Assembly (NCBI GenBank): GCA_041910055.1 | Contig: JAYRRP010000003.1 | Coordinates: 45,973 to 109,972, forward strand | Length of the DNA: 64,000 nt | Direction: 5' to 3' | DNA from: Candidatus Saccharimonadales bacterium | GTDB lineage: Bacteria > Patescibacteriota > Saccharimonadia > Saccharimonadales > JAYRRP01 | Shown here: positions 51,749 through 60,856 of the stretch, piece by piece | Layout of the letters: every line of letters begins with the position of its first letter | Position numbering within the stretch: the stretch's first letter is position 1 | Made by a program: the position numbers and the translations under genes | Notes under the pieces: generated by a model | What the model saw: only the letters and a program-made list of their open reading frames with translations | What the model was told of the DNA's origin: nothing | The model's database searches: none

Positions 51749-52480
51749 ATGAATGAAGGTTTTGCCGCTGAACGTGATTTGCATCAGCGTGCTCGTCAAG
51801 CTTCCCGTGAACGTGTAGCGAATTCTACTGAAGACTTACGAGCTTTGACTACAGCCAACGCAGGTCTAAAAGCTGAGGTGCAATATCATCAGACAGTACT
51901 TGATTGGGTAAGTGCTGAGAAAGATTATTGGCGGGACCAAGCTACCCGTGATGCACTCACTGGGCTTCTCAACAAACGCGGTCTTGATGAACAGCTATCC
52001 CAAAAACTTGAACAAGCAACCGCTGAGGATAACATTGGACTGTTTTATATAGATTTGACCAATTTTAAACGGGTTAACGATGAACAAGGCCACCAAACAG
52101 GTGATGAAGTCTTGGTAGGCGTTGCAAATATCCTAGAGCATAATTTCCGCAAAGAAGACAAACTTTCTTATGTTGGCCGGACAGGTGGTGATGAGTTTAT
52201 TACACTCTGTGATCTGAAACCTCGACATGATGGCAACAATAAACTCACAACTGAAGAAAGAATGGATAGCATCAGAGAGAAGTTGACCCTTGCATTTGAT
52301 GATTTCAGCATAGGAATCATTGAAGGTGAATCCTCTCTAGAATCAATGCAATTTGACGTCTCTATTGGCCAGGCTATCTGGGAACCAGGCATGAACACCG
52401 AACAGTTTATTAAGCTGGCCGAGGAAGACATGTACCTCCATAAAGCCCAGCAGCATCAAGAAAATGGTTCTTATCGTTAA
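51749..52480 (+). CDS. GGDEF-domain diguanylate cyclase with N-terminal coiled coil
   Basis: RDALTGLLNKRG, FKRVNDEQGHQTGD and the intact RTGGDEF motif. Start chosen from the promoter geometry; the upstream part of the ORF-track version (from 51596) overlaps the promoter. Confidence 0.82.
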   Translation: MNEGFAAERDLHQRARQASRERVANSTEDLRALTTANAGLKAEVQYHQTVLDWVSAEKDYWRDQATRDALTGLLNKRGLDEQLSQKLEQATAEDNIGLFYIDLTNFKRVNDEQGHQTGDEVLVGVANILEHNFRKEDKLSYVGRTGGDEFITLCDLKPRHDGNNKLTTEERMDSIREKLTLAFDDFSIGIIEGESSLESMQFDVSIGQAIWEPGMNTEQFIKLAEEDMYLHKAQQHQENGSYR

Positions 52481-54066
52481 CGAGCCGATGGTGACGAGGG
52501 TTTCTCTTCATTCCCCCGTTTTAAAAGCAGATAAATCGCAATACCAATTATCGTAAGCCCCACGAGCGCCAGCGCGATAAAGGTAAGGTTTCGCAACTGG
52601 TACAATACTGCAAGAATCGCCCCAATCAATCCCCACTTTGTTATGGTCTTTTTTCCTACAGCCATGCCAAGTAAGACAAGGCCAATCTGTTCTAAAATAA
52701 GCAACCAACCATAACCTCCGCCCGCGTTATCTAATGCCATTAGAGCAGTCGGTGCAGTCAAGACTGTTAAAGCAAGAATAGTATAAGGTTGCTCCTCAGA
52801 TTTCTGGTGGCGATAGGCACCTATATAGGCATAGATACCAAACAAAGCCGCCCATAAATGGCTATAAACAAGGACGTGACGTTCTCCGTAGTAACCTATT
52901 AACCACTGGAACGCGGCCATACCAATTATGCCAGCCGCGTACTGGGAGGCAATATTTTTCTTTTCCTTGGCGTAAAGATAGAGCAAGCCCGCGACCAAGG
53001 CCAGATCAATGATCATCGGTATGGTTGTGGTGCCAAAGATTACTACACTTGTCGCACCTGCCGCTGCGCCAAATATAGCCACTTCTTGCCACTGACTAAA
53101 GTACTCGATTTTCTTGAGCTGATAGGCTATCCCATATATCACAATTGCCAGTAATCCAAAGATAGACGGGGAAGCAAATGAGAAATTTACATGGGTCAAA
53201 CCTAGAAACGTTCCAGCCGAAACAAACACTAGAACGCCGGCCACAGCCCATAATTCCCTGACCTTTTCATATCTACCTAAACCACAGACAATAAGAGCAA
53301 AACAGGCGCTCATCAGCGCTGCATAGAAGCGGCCACCATTCAAGGCAAGTGCGTAGGCAACCGCCAAACCTATCGTGTAAGCAGCTTGAGATGTCTGAAC
53401 TAGGAACTTATTTTGTAATTCCATTCTTACTCCAAATGCTAGGCTCGCGATACCAAGATATAACAAAGCCAACTGCGCCGCTTGCATAGCAGGGTCTAGC
53501 CAGTAGACTCCAACCACTACTGGCAAACTCAAATAGGCAACAGCTGCTACCAAAGCATTTATTGTTTGGCGAGTTAGCCGATAGATAAGCAATTGGTGTA
53601 AGACAAGCAAGAAAAGCGCAACACAAAGAAAAGCAGCTCGATCTATAAAAATTAAAGTTGTCAGTAAAATAGACGCTTGGATAATTACATAAAGTGCTGT
53701 ATCGATATTAGATAAAGCTTCTTTTGTACGCTTTCCTGATACACGCAAATAATACAAAACACCTGTCTGCACTAAAGCGATGATAGAGAGCACTATGCCA
53801 ATTGCATGAGCATTCCTTGTTATATCCCATGTCATCAATGAAGCCGCAATAGTAGCCGAAACGTTGCCAAAAATCATAAACCAGCCCCGGGCAGAATTGT
53901 CAGGATCAACATAAGAGAGAACTGAATAAAACGCGGCAGCCAGACCAAACGCAACGCTCGCTTGCAAAAAGCCAAAACGCTCTATTGAAATCAGAGCAAA
54001 CATAAGTGAAAACGGTATTAATATAGTCGAAGCAAATTCAAGTGGTCCACGTGATTCATCTGGCAC
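52477..54066 (-). CDS. Large polytopic membrane protein (529 aa, well over 12 TM), unknown function
   Basis: Almost entirely hydrophobic helices. The 3' end overlaps the GGDEF gene by 4 nt. Confidence 0.7.
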   Translation of the reverse strand: MPDESRGPLEFASTILIPFSLMFALISIERFGFLQASVAFGLAAAFYSVLSYVDPDNSARGWFMIFGNVSATIAASLMTWDITRNAHAIGIVLSIIALVQTGVLYYLRVSGKRTKEALSNIDTALYVIIQASILLTTLIFIDRAAFLCVALFLLVLHQLLIYRLTRQTINALVAAVAYLSLPVVVGVYWLDPAMQAAQLALLYLGIASLAFGVRMELQNKFLVQTSQAAYTIGLAVAYALALNGGRFYAALMSACFALIVCGLGRYEKVRELWAVAGVLVFVSAGTFLGLTHVNFSFASPSIFGLLAIVIYGIAYQLKKIEYFSQWQEVAIFGAAAGATSVVIFGTTTIPMIIDLALVAGLLYLYAKEKKNIASQYAAGIIGMAAFQWLIGYYGERHVLVYSHLWAALFGIYAYIGAYRHQKSEEQPYTILALTVLTAPTALMALDNAGGGYGWLLILEQIGLVLLGMAVGKKTITKWGLIGAILAVLYQLRNLTFIALALVGLTIIGIAIYLLLKRGNEEKPSSPSAR

Positions 54067-54069
54067 ATT

Positions 54070-54804
54070 CTAAAACTTAGGAATTAGCATAAATAAGGTT
54101 CCAGCTAGCGACATCACAATTCCAAAATAATAAACAGGCAGCTCGACTACTGCCACACCTGACATAAAAAGCGAGAGGAACGCCGCTAATAGAAAATACA
54201 CGCTAAAGGTGTGCCGGGTGCGCAATAGCGCATGGATATAAAGCAGTAACGCAATAACTGATGTAATACACCATACTACTTCGGGATTAGTACGATTCAG
54301 CATAAATACGTAGGCAGCAAATCCAACAAACGGGACGAGTATCATGCCAATAGCGATAAATGACAGTCCGGCAGGCTTCAGGCGACGGACACGACGGAAT
54401 AGATAAATACCTAATCCATAAAAGCCGCCCGCGACAAGGGCTGTCAGTACGGTACGAGCGGTACCGCCCACACCTGCAAAGGCAATAAATAAACCAACGG
54501 CAGCAGTAAATAAGAAAGCACCGAGGTAGAGCAAAATGGTGGCGTTATCGATGGGCTTCGATGAGGGGGGAGGCACTTCACCTGTTTCAATGGCAGTATT
54601 TTGCGAAATCGGGACGCTTGCAGGTACAGCCGTGGGAGCTACCGCACCAGAAGCAACTGTCTGTGCTGGCACTTGTCCGCTGTGGTTATATAACGTTGCA
54701 CGCAGATTCGCATTCTCGTCATAAAGCTCACGCAAGCGTTTTTTTGAGCTATGACTACCTATGTAAGCCCCAAGTATAAAAAACAAAATAATAAGCAAAA
54801 ACAT
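54070..54804 (-). CDS. Membrane protein (244 aa): N-terminal TM, short coiled coil, Ala/Pro/Val linker, polytopic C-terminus
   Basis: The ORF sits directly upstream of the 529-aa membrane protein with a 3-nt gap. Confidence 0.65.
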   Translation of the reverse strand: MFLLIILFFILGAYIGSHSSKKRLRELYDENANLRATLYNHSGQVPAQTVASGAVAPTAVPASVPISQNTAIETGEVPPPSSKPIDNATILLYLGAFLFTAAVGLFIAFAGVGGTARTVLTALVAGGFYGLGIYLFRRVRRLKPAGLSFIAIGMILVPFVGFAAYVFMLNRTNPEVVWCITSVIALLLYIHALLRTRHTFSVYFLLAAFLSLFMSGVAVVELPVYYFGIVMSLAGTLFMLIPKF

Positions 54805-54871
54805 ACCGCTTCTCTGGTGGAACTATACAGCCGCCCTGCAAAACGCACAAGCTTACTTCATGATTAAAGTA

Positions 54872-55966
54872 CTAATGATTGTTTAATTCTTCTAGGAGCT
54901 CCCGTTGCTTTCTGCTCAGTCTCGTCGGGGTATCTACCACCACAGTCACAATATGCGCGCCACGACTGCCACCTTTCATGTGCGGCACTCCATGGTTGGA
55001 TAGTTTAAAATCCGTACCACTTTGGGTGCCAGCTGGAACTTTCATAGTCACTGGTCCGTCTACAGTCTCTACTTCTATGTGAGTTCCCAGTGCTGCACCT
55101 ACCATATTCACATGCTCTTCACTTAAAATGAGGTCTCCCTCTCTAGTAAAATGCTTGTGGGATTTGACCCGTATATTGACGTATAAATCACCCTTGGGGC
55201 CATTGGCGACCGCTTCGCCATGTTCTCGTAATCTAATAGTAGCGCCATCATCAATACCAGCCGGAATCTTTAACCCTATTGTCTGGGATTTAACTTTTGT
55301 ACCCTTGCCACGACAAACCGTACAAGCTTTTTCTGGAACTTTCCCCCGGCCATGACATTTCGGACAAATAGAAGCTTGCTGTATGTTGCCGAAGATTGTC
55401 CGCGTCACATTCACGACCTGTCCGCTTCCCTTACAAGTGTCACATACCTTAAGTTCATAGCCTGGCTCAACGGTAGTGCCCTTACAGTGTTCACATACGT
55501 CTTCTAGATTAAGCTTTACATCAACTTCTGTACCAAAAACCGCCTGTTCAAATGTAAGCTCCACACTGGTTTCGACATCCCGCCCTCGCGCAGTGCGAGA
55601 ATGAGTCCTTGCGTTGCCGCCATTAAAACCACCACCAAAAAAACTTCCTAAGATATCGCCCAGGCCTAAGTCACCGAAATCAAAGTGGATTTCTTGCCCT
55701 TGGCCTCCGCCAAAACCAGCGAACGGATTGCCATCGCTGGCTGCGCTGCTGCCGATTCCGGCATGTCCAAATTGGTCATAGCGCTTGCGTTTTGACTCAT
55801 CTTTCAAAACCTCATAAGCTTCGTTGACCTCTTTGAACTTTGCTTCGTCTCCACCTTCTTTATCTGGGTGATACTGCACAGCTAAACGCCTGAACGCTTT
55901 TTTGATCTCATCTGGGCTAGCATTTTTGCCAACCCCCAATACTTCGTAATAGTCGCGCTTAGCCAT
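54872..55966 (-). CDS. dnaJ: Co-chaperone DnaJ
   Basis: J domain with HPD, a Gly/Phe region and four CxxCxGxG zinc motifs. Confidence 0.96.
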   Translation of the reverse strand: MAKRDYYEVLGVGKNASPDEIKKAFRRLAVQYHPDKEGGDEAKFKEVNEAYEVLKDESKRKRYDQFGHAGIGSSAASDGNPFAGFGGGQGQEIHFDFGDLGLGDILGSFFGGGFNGGNARTHSRTARGRDVETSVELTFEQAVFGTEVDVKLNLEDVCEHCKGTTVEPGYELKVCDTCKGSGQVVNVTRTIFGNIQQASICPKCHGRGKVPEKACTVCRGKGTKVKSQTIGLKIPAGIDDGATIRLREHGEAVANGPKGDLYVNIRVKSHKHFTREGDLILSEEHVNMVGAALGTHIEVETVDGPVTMKVPAGTQSGTDFKLSNHGVPHMKGGSRGAHIVTVVVDTPTRLSRKQRELLEELNNH

Positions 55967-55972
55967 GTTCGG

Positions 55973-57880
55973 CTATTCTTTCTTGTCGTCTACGACTTCA
56001 CCTTCTACAGGCCCACCTTGATCATCTTTTTTGTCTTCACTGTATTCCGCTGGCTTTTCCTCTTTATTTGCCTGTTCATACATTTTGGCACCAATCGGCA
56101 TGATTTTATCATTTAACGTCTTTACGGCACCTTCGAGAGTTGCTTTGTCTGCTTTCTCGTCCTTCGCAACCTTCTTCGCCTCATCAATTGCTTCATTCAG
56201 AGTTTTCATATCCTCATCGGCCAATTTGTCCTTATGATCACTCTTCATTTTCTCAGCGTTATAGATGGTGCTATCCAATATATTACGAGCCTCAACTGCT
56301 TCACGCTTTCCCTTATCCTCTTCGGCGTGTGCTTCGGCCTCTTTGGCCATTTTTTCTACTTCTGTTTTGTCCAAATTGCCACTGTTTTGGATAGTAATGC
56401 TTTGTTCCTTGCCCGATCCCTTATCTTTGGCAGTCACATTAAGAATACCGTTCGCATCAATGTTAAATGTCACTTCAATTTGCGGCACACCACGTGGGGC
56501 TGGCGGAATACCATCCAATACAAACCTTCCTAGGCTCTTATTGTCAGTCACCATCTCACGTTCACCCTGTACTACGTGAATCTCAACTTGCGGTTGATTG
56601 TCGGCAGCGGTAGAAAATACCTCACTTTTGCTTGTAGGAATAGTCGTATTGCGCTCGATTAGTTTAGTGGCCACCCCACCAAGTGTTTCAATACCCAGGC
56701 TAAGCGGCGTCACATCCAGTAACAACACATCCTTCACATCGCCTTGCAACACACCACCCTGAATCGCGGCACCGATCGCTACGACTTCATCGGGGTTCAC
56801 ACCCTTTAGTGGTTCTTTGCCGAATATCTGCTTTACTTTTTCTTGAACGGCTGGCATGCGGGTCATGCCACCAACCAAGACAATGGCATCAATATCTGAT
56901 GCTTTTAGCCCAGCATCTTTAAGTGCCTTTTCGCATGGTATAGCTGTTTTGTCCACTAATTCTGCTACCAGTTGTTCCAGCTTGGCACGTGTGAGTTTGT
57001 GCTCAAAGTGTTTTGGTCCTCCAGCATCAGCAGTCAAGAACGGCAGATTGATATCTATCTCATTCGTAGAGCTAAGTTCAATCTTGGCTTTTTCAGCTTC
57101 ATCACGGAGACGTTGCATAGCAGCTTTATCATTTTTAACATCAATGCCTTGTTCTTTCTTGAATTCATCAGCAAAGTAATTCACTAGCACGCGGTCGAAA
57201 TCTGCACCACCTAAGTGAGTATCACCATTAGTACTCTTAACCTCGAAAACACCATCACCAAGTTCGAGAATTGAAACATCAAACGTGCCGCCGCCAAGGT
57301 CAAAGACCGCAATTTTTTCGTCTTTCTTTTCAGCTTTGTCGAGCCCATAAGCAAGAGCGGCAGCAGTTGGCTCGTTAATAATACGTTTTACTTCCAAACC
57401 GGCGATTTTGCCTGCATCTTTCGTCGCTTGCCTTTGACTATCATCGAAATAAGCAGGAACGGTAATGACTGCTTCAGTAACAGGTGAGCCCAAGAAACTC
57501 TCGGCATCAGCCTTGAGCTTGCCCAGCACCATGGCACTGATTTCTTCTGGGCTGTATTCTTTGTCACCCATTTTGACTTTGACACTTTGGCCACTTTTAA
57601 CCATCTCATAGCCCATGAGTTTTATGTCACGCTGGACTTCCTTGTCTTCCCAGCGGCGGCCAATGAGACGTTTGACCTCATATACTGTGTCCTTGGCATT
57701 TGTTACTTGCTGTCGTCGAGCTACTTGCCCAACCAATCTTTCACCATTTTTGTTGATAGCAACTACACTAGGTGTGGTCCGTGCACCTTCACTGTTGGCA
57801 ATTATTTCCGGCTTACCAGCTTGCATCACCGCCATTGCGCTGTTTGTTGTCCCTAAGTCAATTCCAATTATTTTTCCCAT
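55973..57880 (-). CDS. dnaK: Chaperone DnaK (Hsp70)
   Basis: GIDLGTTNS and DLGGGTFD motifs. AAGGAG SD. Confidence 0.98.
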   Translation of the reverse strand: MGKIIGIDLGTTNSAMAVMQAGKPEIIANSEGARTTPSVVAINKNGERLVGQVARRQQVTNAKDTVYEVKRLIGRRWEDKEVQRDIKLMGYEMVKSGQSVKVKMGDKEYSPEEISAMVLGKLKADAESFLGSPVTEAVITVPAYFDDSQRQATKDAGKIAGLEVKRIINEPTAAALAYGLDKAEKKDEKIAVFDLGGGTFDVSILELGDGVFEVKSTNGDTHLGGADFDRVLVNYFADEFKKEQGIDVKNDKAAMQRLRDEAEKAKIELSSTNEIDINLPFLTADAGGPKHFEHKLTRAKLEQLVAELVDKTAIPCEKALKDAGLKASDIDAIVLVGGMTRMPAVQEKVKQIFGKEPLKGVNPDEVVAIGAAIQGGVLQGDVKDVLLLDVTPLSLGIETLGGVATKLIERNTTIPTSKSEVFSTAADNQPQVEIHVVQGEREMVTDNKSLGRFVLDGIPPAPRGVPQIEVTFNIDANGILNVTAKDKGSGKEQSITIQNSGNLDKTEVEKMAKEAEAHAEEDKGKREAVEARNILDSTIYNAEKMKSDHKDKLADEDMKTLNEAIDEAKKVAKDEKADKATLEGAVKTLNDKIMPIGAKMYEQANKEEKPAEYSEDKKDDQGGPVEGEVVDDKKE

Positions 57881-57950
57881 AATTATTTCTCCTTACTTGT
57901 TTACTTTCTAATCAATCCTCCTACGCTAATTTTTAAACGTACCATCACTG

Positions 57951-58310
57951 TTATTCTTCCTCGTTTGCAAAATTATTCCTAATTCTTGTAACGTAATCAT
58001 TTTGCAGCTGTAATACATTAATCTCTTCTTGTAGCCTATTAATCTCGCGAGTGTTCTGTCTAGTCAGTTTGTCTACTTCTTCTAACAATGACCTTCTTAC
58101 GCCTTCAGTGACTTCATCTCTAGAGGCATTTGGATGGTAGGGAGCATGGAGGTCAATCATTTTTTCAAATGTCTCATCTGGAGTATTGATTAATCCATAG
58201 CGCTCTTCCCTGCCGGTGGCTTTCCGGAGCATATTGTAAAAGTAACCTCCATACAAACTATCTTGTACTTCTTGTATTTTTGCTTGTTGGGATGGCTCAA
58301 ACTCACTCAT
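57951..58310 (-). CDS. Hypothetical 119-aa protein inserted between grpE and dnaK, C-terminal coiled coil
   Basis: The ORF overlaps the grpE stop by 8 nt. No recognisable family. Confidence 0.6.
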   Translation of the reverse strand: MSEFEPSQQAKIQEVQDSLYGGYFYNMLRKATGREERYGLINTPDETFEKMIDLHAPYHPNASRDEVTEGVRRSLLEEVDKLTRQNTREINRLQEEINVLQLQNDYVTRIRNNFANEEE

Positions 58311-58797
58311 TCTTCTTTTCCATCCTTACTTTTACCATCGCGTGTCGGATAACTTCATCGCCAAGCTGATAGCCGGCTTGTAATTCCTCGCTCACCACCT
58401 CTATATCGCCATCACCTTCCTCCATACTAACTGCTTCGTGCAGGCGCGGATCAAAGACCTTACCCACTGTCTCTATCCGTTTGACACCGATATCACTGAG
58501 GACTTTACCAAACTGCTTAACGACCGCTTCTACGCCTTTTACGTAACCATTGCCTTCTAATTCCTTGGGTACATGCGTCAGTGATCGTTCCAGATTATCA
58601 ACCACAGGCAGAAGTTCCCGGACCACGTTCGCTTTTACAAGATTTTTGAGATTGGCAAACTGCTCATCATGGCGACGGCGGATATTCTCTGCGTCAGCCC
58701 GTTCACGCTGCAATGCTTCAGTGAGTTCACCTATCTTCTGTTGCAAATCTTCTAGTTTAGGAACAGATTTTTTACCTCTGCTAGGAGCTTTACTCAT
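58303..58797 (-). CDS. grpE: Nucleotide exchange factor GrpE
   Basis: ERADAENIRRR, LLPVVDNLERSL and FDPRLHEAV motifs. Start set at MSKAPSRG. Confidence 0.92.
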   Translation of the reverse strand: MSKAPSRGKKSVPKLEDLQQKIGELTEALQRERADAENIRRRHDEQFANLKNLVKANVVRELLPVVDNLERSLTHVPKELEGNGYVKGVEAVVKQFGKVLSDIGVKRIETVGKVFDPRLHEAVSMEEGDGDIEVVSEELQAGYQLGDEVIRHAMVKVRMEKKNE

Positions 58798-59509
58798 ACA
58801 AAACCTCCTCAAGCGCCTGGCCAGCTCGTCGCACGAGTAGCATAACATCCCGGTAGCTCTGGCGAGTTGGGCCTAGTACCCCAATATAACTTCTATCCGA
58901 ATAAGGGCTATGGAATTTACTAACGATCAGGGAGCAACCCGCTCCAGCACCAACTGGATTTTCGCTGCCAATATAGACATTTAAAGGTTGGTTAGGGGCA
59001 GCTTCGCGCAACCAAGGTTCCAAGTTATCTAGCAAGCTCGCCACTTCCCGCACCTGCTGAGAATGCATAAATTCTGGTTGGCCGAAAAGGTTGGAAAGAC
59101 CGCTCATGTACAGCTGGTCACCAATAGTGGCCAACCCTAAGTTATGTGTTAGTTCCACAAGCGTGTCCACCGCATTACGAATGGTGCGATCCGGCAAACC
59201 AGCTTTTCCTACTCTTGCGGTTAAGGCCCGTTCAGCCCGTCGCTCTGTGGCAGTTTCGTTCAGGCTTTCAGACAAATTATTCACATAATACCGGTAGCCT
59301 TTGTCAGTAGGTACACGACCAGCGCTGGTGTGAGGTTGCTGTATCAAGTCTTGGCGCTCCAGTTCTGCCATTTCCGCCCGTACGGTAGCTGAAGAGACAC
59401 CAAAGGCTTTTGCCAATAAGCTTGAACCCACTGGGCTCGCAACTTCGGCATACTGCTCGACAATTGCCTGTAGAATCTTATGCTGTCTTGCTGACAAGTC
59501 TATACTCAT
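58790..59509 (-). CDS. hrcA: Heat-inducible repressor HrcA (short form, 239 aa)
   Basis: N-terminal winged helix LSARQHKILQAIVEQY...PVGS. CIRCE operators lie directly upstream. Confidence 0.85.
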   Translation of the reverse strand: MSIDLSARQHKILQAIVEQYAEVASPVGSSLLAKAFGVSSATVRAEMAELERQDLIQQPHTSAGRVPTDKGYRYYVNNLSESLNETATERRAERALTARVGKAGLPDRTIRNAVDTLVELTHNLGLATIGDQLYMSGLSNLFGQPEFMHSQQVREVASLLDNLEPWLREAAPNQPLNVYIGSENPVGAGAGCSLIVSKFHSPYSDRSYIGVLGPTRQSYRDVMLLVRRAGQALEEVLYE

Positions 59510-59510
59510 G

Positions 59511-59535
59511 TAGCACTTAAACCTTTCAAGTGCTA
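59511..59535 (-). promoter_or_regulatory. CIRCE-like operator 2 (TAGCACTT-N9-AAGTGCTA)
   Basis: Inverted repeat 1 nt from the hrcA ATG. The spacer contains the only purine-rich SD-like element (GAAAGG). Confidence 0.7.
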
Positions 59536-59545
59536 GTTTAGCGTC

Positions 59546-59572
59546 CTAGCACTCTATAGTCAAGAGTGCTAG
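59546..59572 (-). promoter_or_regulatory. CIRCE operator 1 (CTAGCACTC-N9-GAGTGCTAG)
   Basis: Matches the CIRCE consensus TTAGCACTC-N9-GAGTGCTAA at 8 of 9 positions per arm. Confidence 0.85.
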
Positions 59573-60322
59573 TTATAATGCTTTATCTTCGATATGCGTT
59601 TTTGTTTGCTGATAGAGTTCTTCAGCTAAATTGCGAGCTTTTTGTTCCTCTAACCTATCGTGTTTATCATGGGTGGCAATCTCGTGTATTGTCTGGATGC
59701 TAGTTGCAAGTTTGTCATTAATAACAAAAGTGTAGTAATCATGGCTAAGTGCCATTTTGAACTCTTTTAAGGCACTATGGAGACGGCGATAAAACTCTGC
59801 AGGTTCCATCACCCCTCGTTCGTGTATACGTCGCTGCCACTCTTCAAAAGAAGGGGGCAGCACAAATATAGCAGTTGCGTCTGGCTTAAGTCGCATAATA
59901 CTCTCTACCCCTACTACTTCTATATCAGTAACGGGAATCTTTACCTGGCTATACGCTTTTTCGAGTTCACGCATGCTAATACCCGAAACTTGTTGGTGAT
60001 GAATAATAGCTGCCTCAAGATACCTGCCAAGCTGTAAGTCAGTTAACATCTCTTCTTCAGTCCTAAACCAATATTCCACACCATTTTTTTCCCTCACACC
60101 ATCATTAATCCGAGGTTGGCGTGTTGTGTCTGAAACAATGTAATGATACTGGCCTTTGTCGAGTAAACCACGTATCAGCGTGTTCCGCCCACTACAAGTG
60201 GGAGCTGCAAGCAGTACTAGTTTTACTGAATCCAGAGTAGCTTTTGCTGCGTTGGAAAGATGGAAGTTCGTAAGTAAGTGCTGGAACTCTTCAAGGTGGT
60301 GCAGAGTATTACCAGGTTTCAT
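59573..60322 (-). CDS. Guanylate-kinase-like protein with atypical P-loop
   Basis: SDTTRQPRINDGVREKNGVEYWF parallels Gmk S.TTR.PR..E..G..Y.F. The P-loop reads APTCSGRNT, with Arg in place of the Walker Lys. Start set at MKPGNT. Confidence 0.7.
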   Translation of the reverse strand: MKPGNTLHHLEEFQHLLTNFHLSNAAKATLDSVKLVLLAAPTCSGRNTLIRGLLDKGQYHYIVSDTTRQPRINDGVREKNGVEYWFRTEEEMLTDLQLGRYLEAAIIHHQQVSGISMRELEKAYSQVKIPVTDIEVVGVESIMRLKPDATAIFVLPPSFEEWQRRIHERGVMEPAEFYRRLHSALKEFKMALSHDYYTFVINDKLATSIQTIHEIATHDKHDRLEEQKARNLAEELYQQTKTHIEDKAL

Positions 60323-60442
60323 AGTACATTTATAGCAGATAACGCAAGAAGCGGGGAGCATAATATACTATGTGCTTGCCTTTTATATCCTAAAGGCGTT
60401 AGATAAAAACGGGTTCATAAAATTAACAAAACGGAGAAAATA

Positions 60443-60856
60443 ATGACTGTAGGAATCAACTACCTCGCCATTCTGGCAGCCGCTGCAGTGAGTATGGCTA
60501 TAGGTTTTATATGGTATGGTCCGCTGTTTGGTAAAATCTGGGCAAAGTTAGTGAAGATATCTGAAACGGACATGCAACGGAGCACTATACCAATGCTTCT
60601 AATGGTGATATTCAGTTTGCTACGGGCATTCATCTTACGCCACTTTATAGTTTACGCGGCTTATTTCTACCCTTCATATTCCAAGCTCTCACTTGGTTTG
60701 ATTACCAGTTTTTGGGCCTGGTTAGGTTTCGTACTTACTGCCATTGCAGGAGCCTACGTTTTTGCCCAACGACGTAAGAAACTCATTATTATTGATACTG
60801 GCTACAACCTAGTTAATCTCCTAGCAATAGGCGCTTTGCTGGCTGTCTGGAACTAA
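60443..60856 (+). CDS. DUF1761-family membrane protein
   Basis: INYLAILAAAAVSMAIGFIWYGPLFGKIW signature. GGAG SD. Confidence 0.7.
   Translation: MTVGINYLAILAAAAVSMAIGFIWYGPLFGKIWAKLVKISETDMQRSTIPMLLMVIFSLLRAFILRHFIVYAAYFYPSYSKLSLGLITSFWAWLGFVLTAIAGAYVFAQRRKKLIIIDTGYNLVNLLAIGALLAVWN

Noticed and set aside
59572-59600. Promoter for hrcA upstream of CIRCE-1.
   Set aside because: A TATAAC -10-like hexamer overlaps the CIRCE arm, but I could not find a convincing -35 or TG extension, so it is not listed as a feature.
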